DNA of 64,000 nucleotides from a virus. The notes below the pieces were generated by a model that saw nothing but the letters and a program-made list of their open reading frames with translations, was not told the DNA's origin and did not search any database. This document shows, piece after piece, positions 22,601 through 30,352 of the stretch (position 1 is its first letter; each line of letters starts with the position of its first letter). The DNA lies in IMG/VR virus record IMGVR_UViG_3300023296_001674; one strand, written 5' to 3'. Position numbers and translations under genes: made by a program.

Positions 22601-23991
22601 TGAATTGTGTATATTCCATCATTTGCTGTTGTTCCACTCATTGATATTCTCATACCAGTAGAAAATCCTAATGTAAAGAAATTTTCAGCTAATGTGATAG
22701 CTACTGCACTACCAGTAACCTCAGTTAATGATATATCACCTATTGGTGCGGAGTATGACACATTATAAAATGGATCAAATGTTCCAGTTGCCCATTCGAA
22801 TCCATCTTGACCTAATTGTGGGTGTGGTGCAGACAATGCAGTTACGTTAAATTCGCTAGGGTCTTCAAAATCCCAGCCTTGTTCGTCCCATAAACCCTGT
22901 AAGGATGGCGTATTCGTGAATAATACTGTATCACCATCCCTCATATCTATGCCATCAATAGTATAAGATTGTTGACCTAATATTTGAACTGCTGGATCAG
23001 TAGTAACATCATCACGAACAGTTGCTGCACCTCGACCATGTGTTCCATGATTATAAAGTTCCATATCTTTTTGAAATTCGATAATAGGTCTTGTTGCTTG
23101 TCGAGTTAATGCAATAGTAAGTTGTGATTGCGTTAGTTCATCGCGATGATACCAACGATTTCCTTTACTCCATGCATTATTATCAGAAGCGCCTCGTTCC
23201 ATTACTATATAATCTGGATTATCGGCAGAAATTATCACTTCAAAGTCTGTTCCATCCCATGGATTATCATCCCATCCTGAAATAACATCATCCCATCCCG
23301 CTTGATCTAATTCTGAATCAGTTTCTAATGCAAATGCAACTCCGACTCCACTTATTACAAATACGCGATCATTATATAATGTTGAGATGTCTTCTTTAAA
23401 TAATACTCTCATGCCATCTTCTAATTCTACACCTTGAATCGTAACAGGGTCGGCAGTTCCTATTTTATTACCAATATCGGTAATTTCGAGAAATATATTT
23501 ATATCTGGTCCTGATGGGAACCAAAAATAATTGGTAAAATTCATTATTTTATCAGGATTGATTGGTGGGAGCCATGAATAAATCTCGGATTTAAATAATC
23601 TATCTTGATTATAAGTTAATCCACCTTGAAATCTTATTAAATCCAATAAATCATCATATACCATAACGTTGGTTATTTCTGTTGTGTCTGGATCAACGCT
23701 AATCATTGATGGCTCAAGTTGATGCTCTTGGCGTTCTTTTGATTGCTCATTAATATAAAAATCAGTAGTCAAATCAGTATGAGTGGGTGTTCTTCCTATA
23801 AAGCCAGATATTTTTTCAGATATTTCTGGTTGAAATAGATTGTCGGCGGTCCCTGCAAAAAACTTTCTCAATAAATCAGTATTAAATACATCAGGAAGTT
23901 GCTTTATTATCCTTCGACGTTCAATTATATTGGCGCTTTTTTCAACATCAATTGCATCAACTGGTGTTGGTTTACCGTTATTTTCTTCCAT
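13651..23991 (-). CDS. Giant virion structural/baseplate wedge-associated protein (3446 aa)
   Basis: Directly follows gp6; FYQGFIREKGT, EEWALRLGEYG, KPYHTKLR and xWD acidic repeats, as in jumbo T4-like baseplate proteins. Confidence 0.75.
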   Translation of the reverse strand: MEENNGKPTPVDAIDVEKSANIIERRRIIKQLPDVFNTDLLRKFFAGTADNLFQPEISEKISGFIGRTPTHTDLTTDFYINEQSKERQEHQLEPSMISVDPDTTEITNVMVYDDLLDLIRFQGGLTYNQDRLFKSEIYSWLPPINPDKIMNFTNYFWFPSGPDINIFLEITDIGNKIGTADPVTIQGVELEDGMRVLFKEDISTLYNDRVFVISGVGVAFALETDSELDQAGWDDVISGWDDNPWDGTDFEVIISADNPDYIVMERGASDNNAWSKGNRWYHRDELTQSQLTIALTRQATRPIIEFQKDMELYNHGTHGRGAATVRDDVTTDPAVQILGQQSYTIDGIDMRDGDTVLFTNTPSLQGLWDEQGWDFEDPSEFNVTALSAPHPQLGQDGFEWATGTFDPFYNVSYSAPIGDISLTEVTGSAVAITLAENFFTLGFSTGMRISMSGTTANDGIYTIQDIDLSGKIMTFVEPLVDVGELGTGNVTFIQLTTVFQNRVFEINGVGVGGGITLTLVADGQSEDGSPIDGDQINILLGVTHQGITYYWSDSEDFWVESQSKLTTNQYPLFQLYDTNAIKLQDPGEYPLSNFVGGKVFGYQLNDDPRQPLDDVLNIPLTFNDFSEIIFENHLVTDRYSFNTPQEEEVGYYYYNIRNIDDVMNNYNNGWNVRIEESNQRIIENFSNITTNIVTLSTEPTDLNLIDVYINGIQQFDNWTVGGKNIIFDNALIKSDIIKIYYYSNNNIEDVTYEIPINLTANPDNIEVDYIANSDYFAHFTSVINNQVGLIGTPNGANNWRDTTQDRSVGEWILQHRTPLLKTLALGSDRAIDFMLSVRYVEREYIRFRNKFLRKITEYNNDGIHSDTQAPSEWVEDALDSINLGKINDFPFSLSGMGIRANDESTYHPSSPSRLGIYQVYKPGIYLDSTYSPAKNVLQMHDGSIVIAYNDFRDDVILDFENNIYNTIPDDYKTENLPDFDWTIYNTTNHNVGEYSVVEFNKLLTPIIQRWAVFNDINLSENSIYSPTDPFTWNYSKQGVPGYWRGIYKFCYDTDRPNTHPWEMFGFSQTPEWWNDRYGVAPYTSSNTFLWNDMKAGRIAGGSRAGIYAKYERPDVTIPVNGSGMLLDPVALGIVSQPGVNDARADWEIGDHGPAESVFRRSEGWSFAIAQISYLMKPSRFIELGWNSNVYSYAHGTQTNKQWISDETRDRLRLSELYVHGETLDSGEVVLSDGIQQWITNYVTFNGQSITGKFGDVIRNIDVRLAHKMGGFINTNSTRVVADNFGVVPQEDVTTLLYNSPSIREELYSGVIIERVGTGWTVNGYDALNPVFTMNIPIKSSRQIAIEVGTIRVLKSSDYKDTVNTIPYGTIFNSRQSLYDFLIGYGIYLESKGWIFDGFDYDQNEQNDWSLSGKQFLFWSQGNWDDGSLMVVSPLAERVKFKSDHGIVANMEQIINGVYSLLDRDGRVIQPEDTFISRDDDNTILVVPINGRYIFSARLFVTEYEHIITFSNSTIFNDLIYNPLLNLRQYRLKVFTTRAGGWDGKYDAPGYIITGNTLTPNFEKSVNDIRKYFSIENSVDRTVLESSARRLIGFQERDYLTGLGMSGDTQFQFYQGFIREKGTRLVIDKLFRNSDDDSGDITIFEEWALRLGEYGAVQDFAQIGFSLFEEEWRAEPQMINFIDFTTAENPDSKFDDIIEMTTDDDRWITRPPFDGLARFPYRTPTAEIRSKNSSYLFRTDVSVGGYVLDDEVTYHVNTIEERDEIFDTQKITLTAIDLAFGDLIWVDDISNYYDINDPNDINDDDPMVRYNNSFMVYRYTDTGLTFSLPVLPSDNGGTLVLSSADHGFITSQIVMIDSDEGTSPDINGSYVITVPTEVTGTTFTSLGELIEGMYITINGQRIDIICDTVDEIIALINDALVPHVSAYNSGDAITLVDIETADIVLTVGSDASVIGDVGATYTNGHIISISGTPVTLSTGTATALGTANATYTNSQTIDIDATIITLSTGTDVDSAIIDINLASVSGITAYKRSGGLVIEGESAFILAEGGGTALADLGLSVLTYDLVSTIDDAVTDITAALITDIVAVNEGAALRISNTTTSLVVADDGGDTAFADLGIVAGTYENVLNEIGLTAGTFVALSSDSFVIQNTISNDTNIGVHHGTLGVFTESRFVDIAARDAATINAVLGSITFVADDYVYVDTRTTISEIVPLWEVYVYNGASWDIAEYDNVERTQSSRIDVDLFSQSILYNNIEDITDARMSVFDPAKGLFPSQVTGDLSYRIEYDPAKYTDGDETVFQIDPTMSWNDSYVGKAWWDVSAVEYTIYDQGSNRQRRNNWGTIINGKSIDVYDWVKSPVPPLEWANYVEENADQPEESFEYKPSGDAFMADVSENPPYTKKTITDRTTKLDVTSYYFWVKNSETVPNVKTRNQSVAQIARSMTNPTLAGIPWFAPISNDAIIISGIEHLLTNTDSVYQLNYNITHTDINHHREWALSRDGDDSDVPTDRFWNKMRDSLVGYDVNNDIVPDPNLEQSRKYGNFIRPRQTWFVHREEAIRILFNAINIELLHQCIVDDRPTMFDNLNNTSVEPVLYVSGTKAVNMYDYHVGDNTERDTLATSAIISIGEQVWVDGITETLSFWKVYVYDGIDITTQKPIYTEIHSEAYKVADLWNIIDYFEIGFDEDTEASLTVDTIPEMNALIDPFDDMIVRVRDSNSDGTNVWAIYQYQPVDAFNPWALKAKEGCTIEFLIDVITDSTYGNVDTLTDQSGRDQALRVIIDALRNDILTNLEQNQMFYVMIRYVFSEQHLVDWVFKTSYILAVGLNQAANQNPVLTTDTTDNIIEFINEAKPYHTKLRDFTTKENFGIDDYITHVTDFDKPVYTDPDTNITRVLSLDIPADVAILSDSSSLQNDWFNNYIADSDNIRQGNVQILFDRVSCDASGGWDNLFGWDSGVNENWDLSTFALNETAADRIIRLYAPQPFSITDVDPATINPANDVSESKDIASLISGCGFKGTIVDGAGMVIDIDDIDNFLDGGAMLNPGAPINPDDIIVDGNLFIQPSSESNHPEELVLSIIGESISICVNSLEMFEVIGTDIHGGTYNNGETIDINGVIITLSSGVFPADAVIDITDAVINAAEGSAIKPISVSFDGTNMKILSSVDSIILVEGSGTALVDLGFTANVASQSVSGAPNTAFKHWLNSTKARESQSISPFFLTTLDAIFTDTDTDIFVTKTTGLQSTGALIVGSFVDGIPAYEFITYTSVVDNTISGLTRPNPITHNSGIVLVLNVDEFTVADWEFYRINDAATTTLAADFNLGDIEMEITSVVGLPKQKVDEDLMKIPGVIWIGGERIEYHRRDGTTLRYIRRGTGGTSAGLDSIYDSGGDLISNYLDVNVGDVIYPSGTRIIDGTQKQAIPGGYSWEASPAGLQSLDSTLSTFLKNGSGSC

Positions 23992-26900
23992 TATTTACCA
24001 ATCCTTAGTATGTTATCATTAAACGATGTAACTATTTGTATATCAGACACCTTGGCGGAGCTTATAAACACTTCATTAGCAGCAGAACGAACTTGAAATA
24101 AATCGCCAAATTTTTGTTCTGCGTCCAATGGTACCAACACAATAGAACTTATTTGTGTAGCTAATCGTTGATGTATAAATGCAGACAATTCAGTGTAATA
24201 AAATGTCTCACCAAAATCAAAATTATTTATACCAAAATATTCATTCATAGTACTTATAATATCAGATTTTATTTGACCATCACTACTTGATGTGCCATCA
24301 ATTTTTGTTACCTTAAATCTTGCACGCAAAGATTCGTCTGCTTGATCACCAAATAGTAATTTATATTTTATAGGATGCCATGATATTTCATCACTAATCA
24401 TTTTATTTTGCACTTCTTCTGAAAATAAATTACTCAAATCTTCATTCGTTTGTGGTGTTGGGCGTGTATCGGCAGTGGAGCCAACATCAATCCATTTACG
24501 TATTTCTGTATCATACGCTATAGTCATAACATATATATCTATGACGTTTGTTATAGCAGGGTCTATTCTATTTTGAATTGCCGAATAATGTTTCCATTGA
24601 AAATAAAGACTATTTCTACCACGTTTATATAAATATAATCCAGTAACCAACACAAATTCATCCAATCCTTCACCTATTACTGATTGATAGAAATCTTCTG
24701 TATCGCGGAAATATATAACATCACCTTGTAATATAGCAGCATCAAACAATGATGGTTTATTTGACGATGATGCTGGTGTTGGTTCTAATAAATCACCAGG
24801 ATCAACATTATATGCAGACGCCACCGCATCAGATGGTCTAAACTCGATAAATCCATCACTGTTTGTAAATGATTCCCAGTATAATTCGGAGGCATCCAAT
24901 GTATTATCTATTAATGGCAAATTTATTGTGTTATCAGCATCATCAGTTCCGTCACCAAATCCGGTTATTTTAGTAATAATCTCAAATAATGTTGGATCAT
25001 CAGGTATACCATCTTCGTCTGTATCGGGATATGTTATTTTAATTCTTCTTGGATCAATATATCCATCACTCTCTGTAAATACAGATTCTATATTAAATGA
25101 ATAATCTATACCCAAACCATCACATGGTGTGATTTCATTAAATATTACACTATCTGGAGTAGTCAACAAATCAGCTTCGAATTGTGGATTAATCTTAAGT
25201 GTTTTAACGAAATCGCTTACAGACCTACCCGTATTTGGGTCAATGATGTTATTATTTTCCGAGAAATAAAATCTCATATCAATATCGCTTTCGTATATAT
25301 AATCCATACCACGCGAGGTAAAACGCCAATTCGTTGGGCTAAAATCCGCCCTAATCAACCAACTAGAATCCAATGGCAATCCCAATTCACTTCCTGCATC
25401 ATCAAATGAAAAATCAGTATCGATGTCCGCTATATTATCACCAGTAACGACAATCCATGTTTCGGTTGTGACATCATATCTAATACCGAATGTGTTATGT
25501 TGTGATAACTGCGATTTTATAGATGCGTGTTCGATATCACTAAATTGCGTTTTTAGACGCATAATAATCAACTCAACATAATCTTCTTCATCAACACTTT
25601 CTGACAATCCAACTGAGCCATCACCATTGGTCAATATAGTATCACCATCACCTATGATGCTAACAATAGAAACCCATCCGGCTTTATTAAATTTAACCAA
25701 TGATCCTTCACCCATGTGAAATTCAGGCGTAGCAGGTGTAGCGTTTTCGCCTATTTTAATAGGTGCTTCACTAACATAATTCTGTTGGTCTACATCTGTA
25801 AAAAATCTACCTGTGCTGCTATTAACTGCATTTGTTGCAGATCGCCAATATGTTCCATACACGCGTGCAGGATACGTAGTTGGTGCAGCGGTAATTCCAA
25901 AATCCGCAAATACAATTCCAATGTCTTCTAATATTAACGAGCCGCCACCAGTTTTTTCTATATTAAGACGATCATTGTCGATATCCGCAGTAACATTTGT
26001 TATAGCTGCGCCGTTAATATCATCAACTATTGATTGTAGGTCGATTTGTGTGCTAGAACCCGCAGTTAAAACAACTGTATTGCCATCTATTATTATACTT
26101 TGTGGTAATGCATCGGTATTAACTTGAACACCCAACACAACCGCATCACCCGTCACACCTGCTATCGCTGCTACTATTGCTTCCGTTGGTTCAAATCTAG
26201 GATAATTAAAATAGAAAAAATGTTTACGTTCAATTTTAGTTACTAATGGTAATATAATTTGATTTATTATAGTATCATCACTTAAATCTGATATACCATC
26301 AACGAGCGCCAATTCCTCAAGGGTATTATTAATATCAAAATATAACAATCCATCTTCGCCAAATAAATTAACGTTTTGTGTTTTTCCGGTGGGATCATTA
26401 ATATCTATATAACGATTAAATCCACTATAAATTCTATTCACTGCTTTTATTTTCGCCGCTTCTGGATTGCGCAATGGAAACACGTTATAATCTTCACCAT
26501 TGACCATTCGATTTTGAACATAAAACCCTTGCTGTGCTATTTGTTTTATATTTTCAGTTTGTTGCGTAGGCGCGGAATTACTCACCTGTTCTTGTAGGGA
26601 GAAAGTTAAGCTAACAAAAAATGTGCTATTATCTATACTGCTTTTATAAGGTATATCAAGACGATTATTTCTCATATTTTCTGGCTTGATTGTATATCGT
26701 TTGTTCGCCGATTCTCTATACCATGTTCTAAATATTCCAACAGGAACATTGCCATAACGTCCATCAGCAAATTTGATATCTATTTTGTCATCTGGTTGTG
26801 TTATCACACTAAAAATATTGCGTATATCTTTTTCAACGCTATTGAATATGATATTACTACCAGTTACAGATGGAACCTTTTCCCACTTGTTTATAATAAA

Positions 26901-27800
26901 TCCACTTTCGTCAATTTCTTGAACGAATACATCTGAATTATTGATATTCGTTCCACTTATGTTTAATATTCTATTCTCAATAGGAACATCTATCAAAAAA
27001 TCTTCTTTTATTAAGGAACCTTGTTTAAAGTATAAGAAAAATCCTGTATTGGTACTAGCATTACCTTCGCCATCATTTCTATAAATGATATTCAATGGAT
27101 CGGTAGGATCGGGATCGCGCTCAAAGAAAAATTCATTGGTTGTAAAGTCTGGATTGACTATTTCAAAACCCAATGTTTCATTATTAATCACTGCGCTAAA
27201 CGGAAAAGCTCTATTTGCAGATGAATCATTATTCAATGTATATAATTGTGTTTTTATACCACTAACTGTGCCATCTTTTACCGGTTTACCAAAGGGAGCG
27301 GTAGATATAAATACCGCATTCAATACTAATACAAATTGTTCAAACCAATCAGGATTGTTCGCATCATTCCATCGTATTGTTCTATTCGCTAAATTGGTTC
27401 CGTTACTATCAGTTACTGGTTGTGTTGTTGATATTTGCTCAACTTTCAATAAACCATTGGCGGCTATGTTGCGACTTGCATTAAACGATATCATACGAGC
27501 GAGTTTTAATACAGATTCACGACGTTCTGCGGTATCTAAAAAGTTTTCACGTGTATTCAAATCAACTCTGAATGCCAATGATTGCCCTAAATATGCCAAT
27601 AATTCAATTATTGAAATAAATTCAGAACTTTCAACCCAATCATTAAAATCTTCAGGAAAATTAATTCTAATATAATCAACCATTGATGCACGGATTGTAT
27701 CAAAATCATATGCTGAAAAGTTAACTTCAGTAAATGCTCTGTATATTACTTTCCAATCTTCTGCGACAAATAATCCACTCTGTCTTGTTGCTGTAGCCAT
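23991..27800 (-). CDS. gp6: Baseplate wedge protein (T4 gp6-like)
   Basis: DFDTIRASM...DFND..ESSE...ELLAY...ENFLDTAERRESV; KFADGRYG; QNRMVNGEDY. Confidence 0.85.
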   Translation of the reverse strand: MATATRQSGLFVAEDWKVIYRAFTEVNFSAYDFDTIRASMVDYIRINFPEDFNDWVESSEFISIIELLAYLGQSLAFRVDLNTRENFLDTAERRESVLKLARMISFNASRNIAANGLLKVEQISTTQPVTDSNGTNLANRTIRWNDANNPDWFEQFVLVLNAVFISTAPFGKPVKDGTVSGIKTQLYTLNNDSSANRAFPFSAVINNETLGFEIVNPDFTTNEFFFERDPDPTDPLNIIYRNDGEGNASTNTGFFLYFKQGSLIKEDFLIDVPIENRILNISGTNINNSDVFVQEIDESGFIINKWEKVPSVTGSNIIFNSVEKDIRNIFSVITQPDDKIDIKFADGRYGNVPVGIFRTWYRESANKRYTIKPENMRNNRLDIPYKSSIDNSTFFVSLTFSLQEQVSNSAPTQQTENIKQIAQQGFYVQNRMVNGEDYNVFPLRNPEAAKIKAVNRIYSGFNRYIDINDPTGKTQNVNLFGEDGLLYFDINNTLEELALVDGISDLSDDTIINQIILPLVTKIERKHFFYFNYPRFEPTEAIVAAIAGVTGDAVVLGVQVNTDALPQSIIIDGNTVVLTAGSSTQIDLQSIVDDINGAAITNVTADIDNDRLNIEKTGGGSLILEDIGIVFADFGITAAPTTYPARVYGTYWRSATNAVNSSTGRFFTDVDQQNYVSEAPIKIGENATPATPEFHMGEGSLVKFNKAGWVSIVSIIGDGDTILTNGDGSVGLSESVDEEDYVELIIMRLKTQFSDIEHASIKSQLSQHNTFGIRYDVTTETWIVVTGDNIADIDTDFSFDDAGSELGLPLDSSWLIRADFSPTNWRFTSRGMDYIYESDIDMRFYFSENNNIIDPNTGRSVSDFVKTLKINPQFEADLLTTPDSVIFNEITPCDGLGIDYSFNIESVFTESDGYIDPRRIKITYPDTDEDGIPDDPTLFEIITKITGFGDGTDDADNTINLPLIDNTLDASELYWESFTNSDGFIEFRPSDAVASAYNVDPGDLLEPTPASSSNKPSLFDAAILQGDVIYFRDTEDFYQSVIGEGLDEFVLVTGLYLYKRGRNSLYFQWKHYSAIQNRIDPAITNVIDIYVMTIAYDTEIRKWIDVGSTADTRPTPQTNEDLSNLFSEEVQNKMISDEISWHPIKYKLLFGDQADESLRARFKVTKIDGTSSSDGQIKSDIISTMNEYFGINNFDFGETFYYTELSAFIHQRLATQISSIVLVPLDAEQKFGDLFQVRSAANEVFISSAKVSDIQIVTSFNDNILRIGK

Positions 27801-27813
27801 CTTATATCCTCAA

Positions 27814-28224
27814 TTAACCATTTATCTGTTCTGATGTTCCAATATAATTTCTTCTATCGAAATTTACTTCTAATGTATCGACTGCGTTAAATGGTGTATA
27901 TAATAAATCAATATCTATTCTTATGCCATGTTCAAATTCAAACACTTCGATATTTTGCCGTTCAACTCTTGGTTCTTGTGCAATAATATCCTGTGCATCA
28001 GATACAATAGCATCACGCACATCACTATCAAATGGCTCAAATAACAAATCCCAAATAATGCTACCAAAGTCAGGACGCATAACGCGTTCACCTTTAATAG
28101 TGTGAAAATGATTTAACAAATCTCTCTTAATTAGTTCGATATCAACAATTTCAGTTTTGGGGTTTATTCTTCCATAAGAACTAAACCCCCTAAAAAGTTG
28201 TTTTTTGTTTATTTTTTGAGCCAT
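27814..28224 (-). CDS. gp25: Baseplate wedge subunit (gp25/GpW family)
   Basis: LLNHFHTIKGERVMRPDFGS..WDLLFEP...EPRV. Confidence 0.9.
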   Translation of the reverse strand: MAQKINKKQLFRGFSSYGRINPKTEIVDIELIKRDLLNHFHTIKGERVMRPDFGSIIWDLLFEPFDSDVRDAIVSDAQDIIAQEPRVERQNIEVFEFEHGIRIDIDLLYTPFNAVDTLEVNFDRRNYIGTSEQING

Positions 28225-28260
28225 TATATACCATCACAAATAACATTTATATTACTATGT

Positions 28261-28268
28261 TATTTATA
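28261..28268 (-). promoter_or_regulatory. T4-type late promoter
   Basis: TATAAATA on the minus strand upstream of gp25. Confidence 0.7.
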
Positions 28269-28290
28269 TATTTGATTATATATGGTTTTA

Positions 28291-30351
28291 TCAACAAGGA
28301 GCGGGTGCTTTTGCAAATATATTAGCTTCAGCCCGTCTACGATTAGTCAATCCATCACTAACCACTGCACCACCATTAACTCTTATTTTATTCCAACGCA
28401 ACATTTGATTTGGCACTTCTTGGTATTCACCGGCATTTATTTTTTTAACCAATGTGCTATTACAAAATCCACTATTTCCGATGTTAAATGCCAATGAAAC
28501 CATTGAATCGTATTGTTCTTGTGTAACCGGTTGCTTAACACAACCTCTAACACTTTTTTGCGTAGATGCCAAATCGTTTAATAATATAGTATTCATTTCA
28601 TCATCAGTTATAACACCAGACGAAAATGTTCCATCTGCTTTTTCTTGTTTTGTTATAAGATGACCAACACCAATTGTATCTAATCCAGCTTGATCTTTAT
28701 AAACCGTGTTATCAGAACCTTCTGCTTGTTTTATAAAATCTAATCCTGCATCACTAATTTGACGTTGTGTAATAGTGGCTAATGCGCAATCTGGAACATT
28801 TTCTATTTGTATATATTCTGGCTGTTTTGTTACTGATATAGATTTACCCTCAAATCTTCTAGCATCAGGCAATGTAATATCAATAGGTTTTTTAGCCGTT
28901 TCAGATGTTGCACCTTTTGGTATCTTGGTGTTTACCGGACCTTCTTCGACATTATTATTAGTTCCTTTGGTGGTTAATTGATGCTCCAACCACGGCTCAT
29001 GTTGTGGCACACGTGGTACAATATTCACACCAGTTGCATATGGTTCACCAGATTCCCAAGACGAATCGGTGCCACCAGTTTCTGTTGTTGGACCCGATGT
29101 CGGATGTGAAGCGGGTGCTACAGTGCCATTGGCTTGTGGTCCGGGTGCAGTGTTAAGTTCGATAATTGGACCACCCTGTAACGACATTTTGGCTCCAGAT
29201 GTTAAACCCATTTCCGCGCCCGATGTTATACCTATTTGCCCAAGGGCATCTATGCTAGTTTTTCCTACACTGTTTCCTGTATAATCACCATCACATTTAA
29301 CATCAATATCACCGCCGACTTCTAGTATATAATCGCCGCCAATTTTCATGTTTAAATTTCTTGCCGCTTGAACATTAATATCTTGCCCTGATTTTACATT
29401 TACGTTTGCTTTTTCGGCATGTATGGATATATTTTCAGACCCATAAACATCGATGTTTCCATCATTACCTAACTCTATCCATGATTTTCCATCACGACTA
29501 ATCGCATAAATCATACCTTCGGTTTGATGCACGAGTATTTGAGCACCACTTTTTGTTCGCATTCTTATAAATTCTTGTTCTTGTTTATCATCCATGACAA
29601 ATTGATTGCCATCGGGTGTTAAAACACCAAATACTTCACTGGGGGATTCACGTCTGGCTGAACTCGTACTTTGACCACGAACATCGTCTTTATCAAGACC
29701 TTGTTTGTTTTTTAACCCATCACGCAATGGTGTATATGCTTTTTTAAGAGGTTCTAACGCTCCAATATCACCCGGTGTGTGCATATAATCGGGTTCAATA
29801 ACTGGACCAACTTCATCACTCGTTCCACCATTATAAATATCACCTTTCGCAATACCTGGAATCATATGATTCATATCTTGTTGAAATAAAACACCAAACC
29901 AAACACCAAAGTTGATATCACCATTCACGAATGTAATCATGACTTGGTTTCCTATATCTGGTGGTGGAAGCCATAACCCATATGATTGTCTGCCTCCATA
30001 CACTGTATCTTCGTGCTCTGGAGTTCTATGACTATATAAACCATTATTGGAACCATCACCGTAGTAATCTGATATAATAGGTGTTGTATCATCAGTATAA
30101 TAGTTATTGCGGGGGAATGTTGCGCCACCGAACGGTGAACAATAATGACATATAATCCAATTTTTTTCTTTATTTGCATCACCAGTTAGTTCTGGTATCC
30201 ACACTAACAACCTACCCATATTTTGTGGGTCGGCGCTATTTCTGACAAAACCCAAATATGTTTTAGTTAATAAACTTCCATCAATGGCTGGATTTTCATC
30301 ATACCATCGTGATGTAGTTGCTGTTCTCCGGTCTTCGTTATATGTATTCAT
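28291..30351 (-). CDS. gp5: Baseplate hub/tail spike with C-terminal GH24 lysozyme (gp5-like)
   Basis: OB-fold DPQNMGRLLVWIP...PPDIG.QV; beta-helix repeats; EG..N.VYKD.AG..TIGVGH, SLAFNIG, GLTNRRRAE. Confidence 0.88.
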   Translation of the reverse strand: MNTYNEDRRTATTSRWYDENPAIDGSLLTKTYLGFVRNSADPQNMGRLLVWIPELTGDANKEKNWIICHYCSPFGGATFPRNNYYTDDTTPIISDYYGDGSNNGLYSHRTPEHEDTVYGGRQSYGLWLPPPDIGNQVMITFVNGDINFGVWFGVLFQQDMNHMIPGIAKGDIYNGGTSDEVGPVIEPDYMHTPGDIGALEPLKKAYTPLRDGLKNKQGLDKDDVRGQSTSSARRESPSEVFGVLTPDGNQFVMDDKQEQEFIRMRTKSGAQILVHQTEGMIYAISRDGKSWIELGNDGNIDVYGSENISIHAEKANVNVKSGQDINVQAARNLNMKIGGDYILEVGGDIDVKCDGDYTGNSVGKTSIDALGQIGITSGAEMGLTSGAKMSLQGGPIIELNTAPGPQANGTVAPASHPTSGPTTETGGTDSSWESGEPYATGVNIVPRVPQHEPWLEHQLTTKGTNNNVEEGPVNTKIPKGATSETAKKPIDITLPDARRFEGKSISVTKQPEYIQIENVPDCALATITQRQISDAGLDFIKQAEGSDNTVYKDQAGLDTIGVGHLITKQEKADGTFSSGVITDDEMNTILLNDLASTQKSVRGCVKQPVTQEQYDSMVSLAFNIGNSGFCNSTLVKKINAGEYQEVPNQMLRWNKIRVNGGAVVSDGLTNRRRAEANIFAKAPAPC

Positions 30352-30352
30352 A

